In this document: in pieces, positions 11,116-19,660 of the stretch | Layout of the letters: every line of letters starts with the position of its first letter | Position numbering within the stretch: position 1 is the first letter of the stretch | Assembly (NCBI GenBank): GCA_049667545.1 | Contig: JBATID010000458.1 | Location: forward strand, 1 to 44,381 | DNA from: Woeseiaceae bacterium | GTDB lineage: Bacteria > Pseudomonadota > Gammaproteobacteria > Steroidobacterales > Woeseiaceae | Length of the DNA: 44,381 nucleotides | Direction of reading: 5' to 3' | Made by a program: the position numbers and the translations under genes | Notes under the pieces: generated by a model | Told to the model about the DNA's origin: nothing | Seen by the model: only the letters and a program-made list of their open reading frames with translations | The model's database searches: none

Positions 11116-12510
11116 ATGTTGAAACCTTCGCTGCAGCTAAAACTGGGTCAATCGCTGACGATGACGCCGCAATTGCAGCAGGCCATTCGTCTGCTGCAGC
11201 TACCGGTTCTCGATCTGCACGCGGAAATCCAGGAGGCGCTCGAGGAGAACATCATGCTCGAGGTGGAGGATCTTCCCGATCTTCCAAAGACGAGCGCCGA
11301 GACCACGGCCGAGATCGAGACCCTCAAGGCCGAGGATCAGTGGCAGGCCACGGCGGCCGAACGAACCCGGGATAGTGGCTGGAATGGCGAAGGCCGGCCG
11401 ATTTCCGAGTTCGCCGACGAATCCGGGCAAACACTGCGCGAACACCTGCTCTGGCAGCTCGAGATGGAGCATTTTTCGCCACGTGAGGTCGTGATCGGTG
11501 AGTCCCTGATCGATTCGATCAACGACGACGGTTACCTGACGGCGGACTTCGACGAAATATTATCCAGCCTCGATGAAGAGCCACCGGTCACCGACACTGA
11601 AATTGAGCGGACCCTCACCAAGATTCAACGCCTGGATCCAGTCGGCGTGGGCGCGCGTTCGGTTGGAGAATGCCTGGTCCTGCAGCTCAGTCAGCTGGAG
11701 TGGGAAACGCCAGGACTGCAGCTCGCTATTACTATCGCAAATGATCATCTCGACCTCGTAGCGAATCGCGATTACGCCGAGCTGCGCCGCGTACTCCGCT
11801 CCAGCGAGGATGAGCTGCACGAAGCCGTGGCGCTGGTTCGTGGCTGCAATCCCAAGCCCGGCCTGGCGGTGAGCCCGGCCGCCACCGAATACGTGATTCC
11901 GGATGTGTTTGTACGCAAGACAGACAATCATTGGCAGGTCGAAATAAGTCCGACTGGTTTACCACGTTTGTCCGTTAATCAGCAGTACGCGAGCCTGCTG
12001 CGTGGCAGCAGCGAACACGCCGTTCTCAAGTCACAGTTGCAAGAGGCCCGCTGGCTGATCCGCAGTCTCGAGATCCGCAACGAGACCCTGCTCAAGGTCG
12101 CGACCAGCATTGTCACTCGCCAGACCGAGTTCCTCGACCACGGCGAAGAATCCATGAAGCCCATGGTGCTAAAGGACATCGCCGAGGAGATCGGCATGCA
12201 CGAGTCAACGATTTCACGAGTAACTACCAACAAGTACATGCACACGCCCCGCGGCGTATTTGAGTTCAAGTACTTTTTCTCGAGTCACCTGTCATCGGAG
12301 AGTGGCGAGGACCAGTCTTCAACGTCAGTTCGCGCGAAAATTCGCAAGCTGATTGCCGGCGAAAACGCGGAGAAACCACTGAGTGACAGCAAGATCACCA
12401 ACTTGCTGAAGGCCGACGGTATTTCGGTTGCCAGACGCACGGTAGCGAAGTACCGTGAGGGCATGAACATACCGTCGTCGAGCGAGCGCAAGTCTCGCGC
12501 AACGATTTAG
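11116..12510 (+). CDS. rpoN: RNA polymerase sigma-54 factor
   Basis: Region I reads MLKPSLQLKLGQSLTMTPQLQQAIRLLQL. The C-terminal HTH and RpoN box (ARRTVAKYRE) are present. Confidence 0.97.
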   Translation: MLKPSLQLKLGQSLTMTPQLQQAIRLLQLPVLDLHAEIQEALEENIMLEVEDLPDLPKTSAETTAEIETLKAEDQWQATAAERTRDSGWNGEGRPISEFADESGQTLREHLLWQLEMEHFSPREVVIGESLIDSINDDGYLTADFDEILSSLDEEPPVTDTEIERTLTKIQRLDPVGVGARSVGECLVLQLSQLEWETPGLQLAITIANDHLDLVANRDYAELRRVLRSSEDELHEAVALVRGCNPKPGLAVSPAATEYVIPDVFVRKTDNHWQVEISPTGLPRLSVNQQYASLLRGSSEHAVLKSQLQEARWLIRSLEIRNETLLKVATSIVTRQTEFLDHGEESMKPMVLKDIAEEIGMHESTISRVTTNKYMHTPRGVFEFKYFFSSHLSSESGEDQSSTSVRAKIRKLIAGENAEKPLSDSKITNLLKADGISVARRTVAKYREGMNIPSSSERKSRATI

Positions 12511-12547
12511 AAGTACCACAGGCAGTTCACAATTTGGGAGTCAACAA

Positions 12548-12868
12548 ATGCAACTGAACGTTTCAGGCCACCATATCGAAGTCACCGAAGCCCTTAGAAG
12601 GTACGTCAGTAACAAAATTGAGAAAATTGCACGCCACTTCGACCTCGTGTCTGATGTCCAATGTATTTTGACCGTTGAAAAGTTACAGCATAAGGCAGAG
12701 GCGACCGCCAAGGTAAATGGCGGCACTATTTACTGCGATCACATTGAGGAAGACATGTACGCCGCTATCGACGGTCTGGTCGACAAGCTGGAACGGCGGG
12801 TTCGCAAATACAAGGAAAAACTTTCTGATCATCGGCCTAAAGAAAAACAAAAATCTCGTTACGCCTGA
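12548..12868 (+). CDS. hpf: Ribosome hibernation promoting factor (short HPF/YhbH type)
   Basis: The 106-aa product begins MQLNVSGHHIEVTEALRRYV. It sits in the conserved position after rpoN. Confidence 0.92.
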   Translation: MQLNVSGHHIEVTEALRRYVSNKIEKIARHFDLVSDVQCILTVEKLQHKAEATAKVNGGTIYCDHIEEDMYAAIDGLVDKLERRVRKYKEKLSDHRPKEKQKSRYA

Positions 12869-12904
12869 TCGCAAACCAACGCAACCTGGCTAGCTTGCCG
12901 ACCG

Positions 12905-13429
12905 GTGGCTAACAGCACACACGATAATCCGATCATGCCTATCGAAAATGTCATTCAGCCAGACCGCGTTCTTTGCAATGCGACTGCACGCAGCAAAAAA
13001 CACTGCCTGGAAATCCTGAGCGAGTTGCTCGTACGGTCAATTCCCGATATCGCAAATGAGGTCATTTTTGAGAACCTCATCGAACGGGAGAGGCTCGGCT
13101 GCACGAGCCTGGAGAAAGGCGTTGCATTTCCGCACTGCCGCGTCGATGGTATCGAAGGCAGCACGGCTGCATTCATCAAACTCTCCGAGCCGATTGATTT
13201 CGATGCCGCCGATGGCGAGCCAGTTGATCTCGTGTTCGGCATGATACTGCCGCTCGAACTCGATGAAAGCCACCACGCCGATATCAAGCTGGTCACGCAG
13301 GTGCTGGCAGATAAAGAGTTGCGCAAGCAACTACGCCGCATGAATAGCAGCAGTGATTTGTACCGTATCCTGATTGAAGCTGCGGCGCCCACGGCGATTG
13401 CGAGCTCATGCCAGACCCACTGCGCCTGA
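12905..13429 (+). CDS. ptsN: Nitrogen-related PTS enzyme IIA (EIIA-Ntr)
   Basis: It has a PTS EIIA type-2 fold with the phospho-His context GVAFPHCR, and lies after hpf. The start could be GTG 12905 or ATG 12935. Confidence 0.9.
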   Translation: MANSTHDNPIMPIENVIQPDRVLCNATARSKKHCLEILSELLVRSIPDIANEVIFENLIERERLGCTSLEKGVAFPHCRVDGIEGSTAAFIKLSEPIDFDAADGEPVDLVFGMILPLELDESHHADIKLVTQVLADKELRKQLRRMNSSSDLYRILIEAAAPTAIASSCQTHCA

Positions 13430-14295
13430 TCATTGTCAGCGGCCTGTCCGGCTCGGGCAAGTCAGTTGCATTGCACGTCCTCGAAGACCTGAACTATTAC
13501 TGCATCGATAACCTCCCGGCTGCGCTCCTTGAAGCTGCGGTGACAGACGTGCGCTCCGGTGATGACCCTGTCAGTATGCTGGCCGTCGGCGTGGACGCGC
13601 GTACGCGTAAGGCAGACCTGCTCGTGCTGCCGCAGATGTTGCGCAACCTCGAAAAAAAGAACGTTAAGGCGGAGCTGATCTTCCTGCACGCGTCTGACGC
13701 AATATTGATGAAGCGATACAGCGAATCTCGCCGTCGTCATCCGCTGGCAACCGCGGAGACCGAGCTGCAGGTTGCCATCGAGACTGAACGCGACATTCTG
13801 GCCGAAATTCAGAATAGCGCCGATCTGATTATTGACACCTCGCACAGCAGCATCTACGAGCTGGCCGAGGTGATACGCAACCGCATTGACCGGCGCAAGA
13901 CCGAATCCCTCTCGGTGCTCGTACAGTCGTTCGGTTATAAATACGGCATTCCTGCCGATGCTGATTTTGTTTTCGACCTGCGAAGCCTGCCCAATCCTTA
14001 CTGGACCGTTGAGCTCAGAGGATTAACGGGGCTCGACCGGGAAGTGTCGGAATTCCTCAATTCAAAAGACAACTTTGTGGCCATGCACGACGATATCCTG
14101 GCCTTCCTGCGGCGCTGGATTCCGAACTACCAGGAGGCACGGCGGAGTTACCTGACGGTAGCCATTGGATGTACCGGCGGACAGCACAGGTCGGTCTGCA
14201 TGACCGAAATGCTGGTCGCAAGTCTGCGCGAAAACCACGAGCCCGTGCTCATCCGACACAACAGCCTGACAGGGCATCGGCTCAATCCAGACTAA
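13408..14295 (+). CDS. rapZ: RNase adapter protein RapZ (YhbJ), a P-loop NTPase
   Basis: The sequence LIIVSGLSGSGKSVALHVLEDLNYYCIDNLP is followed by a C-terminal CTGGQHRSV motif. It overlaps ptsN by 22 nt. Confidence 0.93.
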   Translation: MPDPLRLIIVSGLSGSGKSVALHVLEDLNYYCIDNLPAALLEAAVTDVRSGDDPVSMLAVGVDARTRKADLLVLPQMLRNLEKKNVKAELIFLHASDAILMKRYSESRRRHPLATAETELQVAIETERDILAEIQNSADLIIDTSHSSIYELAEVIRNRIDRRKTESLSVLVQSFGYKYGIPADADFVFDLRSLPNPYWTVELRGLTGLDREVSEFLNSKDNFVAMHDDILAFLRRWIPNYQEARRSYLTVAIGCTGGQHRSVCMTEMLVASLRENHEPVLIRHNSLTGHRLNPD

Positions 14296-14314
14296 GCTGG
14301 TACACTCCGCGGGC

Positions 14315-15664
14315 ATGGACCCGCGAGAGAATACCAAGGCCGACCTTGAGCTGCTTCGAGAAAAACTCGACAGCGGTCGCATGCGCTCGGCCCGCATCAT
14401 GATCAACAGCCTCCACCCGTCGGAAGTCGCTCGACTCCTGGAATCTGTGCCCCTGAAAGACCGCTCGGTGCTCTGGGAACTCGTCGACTCCGACATCGAG
14501 GGCGACGTACTTGTCGAACTTGCCGAGGAAGTCCGGGACGGCCTGATCGAGGGCATGGGTACGGCACAGCTGATCGCCGCGACCGAAGGCATGGAAGTCG
14601 ACGATCTCGCTGACCTGCTCGCCGATCTGCCCGAAGCGGTCACAAAAGAGGTGCTGCAGTCACTCGACAAGCAGGACCAGGAACGTCTGGAACAGGTGCT
14701 CGCCTACGATGAGGAAAGCGCCGGCGGCCTGATGAATGTCGACATCGTGACCGTGCGTCCCGATGTCACGCTTGAAGTCGTAACACGTTACCTGCGCGTC
14801 GTCGGCGAAATTCCTGACGGTACTGACTCCATCTTCGTCGTCGGTCGCGACAATACCTACATGGGCGCGCTGTTCCTTTCTCGTCTGTTGACGCATGACC
14901 CGAACGAAATGGTAGCGAACATCATGTCCACGGAGGTCATGCCGATACCGGCGCACACGCCGTCGGCACAGGTCGTCTGGGAATTTGAGAATCGCGACTT
15001 GCTGTCCGCACCCGTCGTCGACGACGATTTCCATGTGCTGGGACGCATCACGGTTGACGACGTCGTCGACGTTATTCGCGACGAAGCCGAGCACTCGTTA
15101 ATGAGCGCCGCGGGTCTTGATGAAGAGGACGACATGTTTGCACCGGTCGTCAAGAGCGCCTCACGTCGCGCGCTCTGGCTCGGCGTCAATCTCTGCACCG
15201 CTTTCCTGGCCGCGGCGGTCGTCGATCTGTTTCAATCAACGATCGACAAAGTCGTATTGCTGGCTGTGCTGATGCCGGTAGTCCCCAGCATGGGCGGCGT
15301 GGCCGGCAGTCAATCCCTGACCATCATCACGCGCGCAATCGCGCTTGGCCAGATCAACGCCGGCAACGCCCGCGGCATCATGCACAAGGAACTCATGGTC
15401 GGTTTTCTTAACGGCTGCGGCTGGGCCGTGGTCGTCGCACTGTTTACCTACCTGTGGTTCCGCGACTGGCGCATTGGCGGCATCATCGGTGCCGCAATGA
15501 TCATCAACCTGTTTGTCGCGGCGCTGGCCGGTTACAGCATTCCGCTGATCCTGAGAAAAATGCGCGTCGATCCGGCGCTCGCTGGTGGCGTGGTGCTAAC
15601 GACCGTCACGGACGTCGTCGGTTACATGGCCTTTCTGGGCCTCGGCGCCGCATTCCTGCTGTAG
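14315..15664 (+). CDS. mgtE: Magnesium transporter MgtE
   Basis: It has the MgtE N-domain, tandem CBS domains and a C-terminal 5-TM domain (PSMGGVAGSQS, TDVVGYMAFLGL). Confidence 0.93.
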   Translation: MDPRENTKADLELLREKLDSGRMRSARIMINSLHPSEVARLLESVPLKDRSVLWELVDSDIEGDVLVELAEEVRDGLIEGMGTAQLIAATEGMEVDDLADLLADLPEAVTKEVLQSLDKQDQERLEQVLAYDEESAGGLMNVDIVTVRPDVTLEVVTRYLRVVGEIPDGTDSIFVVGRDNTYMGALFLSRLLTHDPNEMVANIMSTEVMPIPAHTPSAQVVWEFENRDLLSAPVVDDDFHVLGRITVDDVVDVIRDEAEHSLMSAAGLDEEDDMFAPVVKSASRRALWLGVNLCTAFLAAAVVDLFQSTIDKVVLLAVLMPVVPSMGGVAGSQSLTIITRAIALGQINAGNARGIMHKELMVGFLNGCGWAVVVALFTYLWFRDWRIGGIIGAAMIINLFVAALAGYSIPLILRKMRVDPALAGGVVLTTVTDVVGYMAFLGLGAAFLL

Positions 15665-15669
15665 CACCG

Positions 15670-16884
15670 CTAGGTGTCTGCGTGAAACGCGCTGAGATCT
15701 TTTTTGATCCAGCTGGGCGCGAATAGCCGCGATACCTCGGCCCCCGTTACGAAATCGCGCAGCTCGTCTTTCACCTTCATCGCGTCGTTATAGCCCAACT
15801 CGATTAACTCGCGGGTGTAGGCTTTCTCGAACAGCAGAAAACTCAGCAGGCGATTTTCTTCCGGGTTGTTGCCGCCTATCCCGCGTAATAATCCACGAAT
15901 CGCCAACGGCAGTTCTTTCCTGTGTCGATGCGCGATAAACCGCAGGTCTTCGCTGGGCACGATCAGCATTGTGTCGATCGGACGCATCGGTCTGAGCGAT
16001 TCCCGCCGTTCTTCGCCAGGCACACCATCGATCAGTTCATTAACCCGCGTAATACGCTCGAGATCCGAGTACAGGCCATCCATGAACAACGTATCCAGCA
16101 TGTAACCGGCGATTTGCGCGAAGCTCGGCGATTCCTCGTCGGCCCCCGCCGGCCGGCCCCCGGTCTCGTCCCGGATACCGATCACCAGGATTCGATTGGC
16201 ACCAAGGCGCACCGCCGGACTTAGCGGCGTCGCCTGACGCATTGCGCCGTCACCAAAGTACTCGTCGCCGATCTTGACGGGCGGGAATATCATTGGCACG
16301 GCAATGCTGGCCATGATGTGGTCCAGGTTAAGATCCGTGCGTTCGCCGCGGCGACGGGTGCGCTCCCAGCCCTCAAGACTGTCAAGCGCCTCGAAGAAAG
16401 TGGTCGACCGGGCCGACGCGTAACCCGCCGCCGTAATCGCGAGTGCTTCGAGATGACCGGCCTCGATAGCGTCCTGGATGCGCGGGAAGCGCACGTTTTT
16501 GCGTAGCAGGTCTCGCAATGGAGCGTTGTCGAGCAACGACCGCGGTGTGCCAACAAGGAGACCACCCAGCACGATAGAGGCCAACCAGTGCAGGCTGCTT
16601 TTGAGCATGGTCAGATGATCCGTCTTGTAGACATGGTGGCAACGGAAATGCCCCCAAACCTGCTCTAGCTCGGCAACCGCCGAGCGCAGGCGGTGCGCTC
16701 GCGAGGCCAATACCACCGCGTTCACCGCGCCGGCAGACGTGCCGCTGATAATCTGGAAGGGATTGGCGCTGCTGCGCGGCAATATTTCAGCAATTGCTTT
16801 GAGGACGCCGACCTGGAAAGCACCACGCGCGCCGCCGCCGGGTAAGACCAGCGCTGTTTTGACGTCGGCTGCTGCCTGTTTCAT
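15670..16884 (-). CDS. Patatin-like phospholipase family protein
   Basis: It has the oxyanion motif PGGGARGAFQVG, the nucleophile motif GTSAGA and the catalytic Asp in GDGAMR. I chose the internal ATG at 16884 (MKQAAADVK...). Confidence 0.85.
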   Translation of the reverse strand: MKQAAADVKTALVLPGGGARGAFQVGVLKAIAEILPRSSANPFQIISGTSAGAVNAVVLASRAHRLRSAVAELEQVWGHFRCHHVYKTDHLTMLKSSLHWLASIVLGGLLVGTPRSLLDNAPLRDLLRKNVRFPRIQDAIEAGHLEALAITAAGYASARSTTFFEALDSLEGWERTRRRGERTDLNLDHIMASIAVPMIFPPVKIGDEYFGDGAMRQATPLSPAVRLGANRILVIGIRDETGGRPAGADEESPSFAQIAGYMLDTLFMDGLYSDLERITRVNELIDGVPGEERRESLRPMRPIDTMLIVPSEDLRFIAHRHRKELPLAIRGLLRGIGGNNPEENRLLSFLLFEKAYTRELIELGYNDAMKVKDELRDFVTGAEVSRLFAPSWIKKDLSAFHADT

Positions 16885-16926
16885 CCCACCAACCCGGTTT
16901 GCCAAAGGCCCTGTTTCACGCGATTG

Positions 16927-16943
16927 ATAATACAGCGTATTAT
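16927..16943. promoter_or_regulatory. Candidate operator: perfect 7-3-7 palindrome in the divergent patatin/bcp promoter region
   Basis: ATAATAC-agc-GTATTAT is an AT-rich perfect inverted repeat within a 134-nt divergent intergenic region. Confidence 0.3.
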
Positions 16944-17018
16944 AGACGGCTGTGTGGTGCCTGGTTCTGCGCCGCAACGCACAATTTTACCCTGCCATGT
17001 AATGATTCGGATCCACCC

Positions 17019-17606
17019 ATGAAATCCAAGCTGTTGATCGTTTTTGCTGTCCTGGGCGTCGCCATAGTGCTCGCCGTGCTTGCCAATCGTCCGTCCAACC
17101 CGGTCTCGGACCTGATTGGCGAACCCGTGACCACCGCTGTCGTGCAACCCGACGTGGGTGAGCAGGCACCCGAATTCGAACTCCCCGACCAGACCGGGCA
17201 GTTGCACTCGCTCGAAGACTACCGCGACCAGTGGGTTGTTCTGTATTTTTATCCGAAAGATGGAACACCGGGCTGTACCACCGAAGCCTGCGAATTTCGC
17301 GACAACATTTTTGCCTTTCGCGACCTGAACGCGCAGATCCTCGGCGTCAGCATTGACAGCGTCGATTCGCATCGATCATTTGCGGAAAACCATTCGCTGC
17401 CATTTCCGCTGCTGGCCGACGTGAATGGCGGTACGGCAGATGCCTACGGGGTCAAGACCCGCATGCTGGGAATGACCGTGGCGAAGCGGCAGACATTCAT
17501 CATCGCGCCGGGAGGCATTGTCGCCAGGCACTATGTTGACGTGAAACCGGACGAACATTCGGCACAAGTCATTGCCGATCTGAAACAGCTCAGTGCAACG
17601 TCCTGA
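17019..17606 (+). CDS. bcp: Thiol peroxidase of the Bcp type (peroxiredoxin) with an N-terminal membrane anchor or signal
   Basis: The sequence FYPKDGTPGCTTEAC gives the PxxxTxxC motif plus a resolving Cys 5 residues downstream. It is preceded by the hydrophobic N-terminus MKSKLLIVFAVLGVAIVLAVLA. I chose the internal ATG at 17019. Confidence 0.85.
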   Translation: MKSKLLIVFAVLGVAIVLAVLANRPSNPVSDLIGEPVTTAVVQPDVGEQAPEFELPDQTGQLHSLEDYRDQWVVLYFYPKDGTPGCTTEACEFRDNIFAFRDLNAQILGVSIDSVDSHRSFAENHSLPFPLLADVNGGTADAYGVKTRMLGMTVAKRQTFIIAPGGIVARHYVDVKPDEHSAQVIADLKQLSATS

Positions 17607-18765
17607 TCGCGTCGTCAAGGCCAGCAAGCGTCAAGGGATACATGCGATCATCAATCAGCTCGCGTACCAGCTTGGTCGACGGCGTGTAGTCCCAGCGATC
17701 GCGGGATTCGGGATTTAGCCAGACGGCTTTAGGAAACGTGCCGAGCAGGCGTTGCATCCACACGGCACCCGGCTCTTCGTTCCAGTGCTCGACGCTGCCA
17801 CCGGCATAGACTATTTCGTAAGGGCTCATCGTCGCATCGCCGACGAAGATCAACTTATAGTCGGACGCGTATTTGTGCATGATATCGAGCGTCGGCGTCT
17901 TCTCAGCATGACGGCGGCGATTGTCTTTCCACAGGCTCTCGTAAATGAAATTGTGGAAGTAAAAGTACTCAAGATGCTTGAACTCGGTGCGCGCCGCCGA
18001 AAACAGCTCCTCACAAATACGGACGTGATCGTCCATCGAGCCGCCGATGTCCAGACACAGCAGCACCTTCACCGCATTGTGCCGCTCCGGAACCAGTCGG
18101 ATATCGAGTAACCCGGCATTGCGGGCCGTTTTGTCAATTGTGTCATCGAGGTCCAGCTGGTCCGCGGCCCCTTCCCTTGCGAATTTTCGTAACCGTCGCA
18201 GCGCAACCTTGATATTGCGGGTACCGAGCTCGAGGGAATCGTCCAGATTACGATAATCCCGTCGGTCCCACACTTTGACCGCGCTGCGATTGCGTGAGCC
18301 TTTCTGGCCGATGCGCACACCCTCCGGGTTATAACCGTAGGCGCCAAAGGGCGACGTACCGGCAGTGCCGATCCAGCGACTACCACCTTCATGCCGCTCG
18401 TCCTGCTCATCAAGACGTTCCTGCAGTGCCTGCATGAGCGCCTCGAAGCCGCCGAGCGACTCTATCTGCGCGCGTTCCTCATCGCTTAGCATCAGTTCCG
18501 CCTGTGCCGTAAGCCAGTCTTCCGGGATTTCCTGCATGAGATCGGCAAGTGAATCCTCAACGCCTTTGAAATAAGCGCCGAAAATCCGGTCGAAACGATC
18601 GAGATGGGATTCGTCCTTGACGAGGCTGGCGCGCGCCAGGAAGTAGAAGTCGTCGAGGCTTTGGCCGGCGAGACCACTCCGCATGGCTTCGAGCAGCGTC
18701 AGCAGCTCGGTGATCGACGTTTTCATACCGCCTTCACGGAGCTTGTAGAAAAACGGGATCAACAT
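17590..18765 (-). CDS. VWA-domain protein, CoxE-like
   Basis: The 391-aa product begins MLIPFFYKLREGG..SITELLTLLEAM. Its C-terminal VWA domain has the MIDAS-like CLDIGGSM motif. It lies 5 nt downstream of a MoxR-type ATPase, which is the classic pairing. Confidence 0.75.
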   Translation of the reverse strand: MLIPFFYKLREGGMKTSITELLTLLEAMRSGLAGQSLDDFYFLARASLVKDESHLDRFDRIFGAYFKGVEDSLADLMQEIPEDWLTAQAELMLSDEERAQIESLGGFEALMQALQERLDEQDERHEGGSRWIGTAGTSPFGAYGYNPEGVRIGQKGSRNRSAVKVWDRRDYRNLDDSLELGTRNIKVALRRLRKFAREGAADQLDLDDTIDKTARNAGLLDIRLVPERHNAVKVLLCLDIGGSMDDHVRICEELFSAARTEFKHLEYFYFHNFIYESLWKDNRRRHAEKTPTLDIMHKYASDYKLIFVGDATMSPYEIVYAGGSVEHWNEEPGAVWMQRLLGTFPKAVWLNPESRDRWDYTPSTKLVRELIDDRMYPLTLAGLDDAIRTLH

Positions 18766-18770
18766 CGCGT

Positions 18771-19640
18771 TTACTGCGGGTTATTGCGTCTGTCGAGAAA
18801 CACCAGTTGCTCAAAAAGGTGTACATCCTGCTCGTTCTTTAGCAGCGCGCCATAAAGCGGCGGGATGGCGCTCCTGGCGTCACTGCCGCGCAAGACTTCC
18901 AGCGGTATGTCTTCGGCCAGTAGCAATTTGATCCAGTCGAGCAATTCAGATGTCGATGGCTTTTTCTTCAGGCCACCCACATCGCGCACTTTGTAAAACG
19001 CGTCGAGGGCTTCCTTCAACAGGTTTTTCTTGAGATCCGGAAAATGCACATCCACAATCTTCGCCATCGTCTCCTTGTCCGGAAACTGGATGTAATGGAA
19101 AAAGCAGCGGCGCAGAAAAGCATCCGGCAGCTCTCTTTCGTTGTTGCTGGTAATGACGATAATCGGTCGGTGGCGTGCTTTAACAAGCTGCTGCGTCTCG
19201 TAAACAAAAAACTCCATGCGGTCCAGTTCGCGCAGCAGATCATTTGGAAATTCGATATCGGCCTTGTCAATTTCATCAATGAGCAGGACCGGTTGCTGCT
19301 CGGATTCGAACGCCTCCCAGACCTTGCCGCGGACGATGTAATTGCCGATGTCGTGCACCCGGTCGTCGCCGAGCTGCGAGTCTCGAAGTCTCGCCACGGC
19401 ATCGTATTCATACAGTCCCTGTTGCGCTTTGGTCGTCGATTTGATGTGCCACTCGTAAAGCGGCTTGCCAAGCGCTTCTGCCACCTCGATCGCGAGCTGC
19501 GTCTTGCCAGTGCCGGGCTCGCCTTTGATGAGAATGGGCCGCTGCAGCGTCACGGCGGCATTCACCGCCATCGTCAGGTCGTCGGTAGCAATGTAAGAAC
19601 GGGTTCCCGCAAATTTCTGGTCGGCCATCGAGTTATCCAT
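18771..19640 (-). CDS. MoxR-family AAA+ ATPase (CoxD-like)
   Basis: It has Walker A GEPGTGKTQLA, Walker B LLIDEIDKA and sensor/Arg-finger regions ITSNNERELPDAFLRRC. At 289 aa it is a single AAA+ module. Confidence 0.85.
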   Translation of the reverse strand: MDNSMADQKFAGTRSYIATDDLTMAVNAAVTLQRPILIKGEPGTGKTQLAIEVAEALGKPLYEWHIKSTTKAQQGLYEYDAVARLRDSQLGDDRVHDIGNYIVRGKVWEAFESEQQPVLLIDEIDKADIEFPNDLLRELDRMEFFVYETQQLVKARHRPIIVITSNNERELPDAFLRRCFFHYIQFPDKETMAKIVDVHFPDLKKNLLKEALDAFYKVRDVGGLKKKPSTSELLDWIKLLLAEDIPLEVLRGSDARSAIPPLYGALLKNEQDVHLFEQLVFLDRRNNPQ

Positions 19641-19660
19641 AGGGGGCGTTGCCCGCTAGT

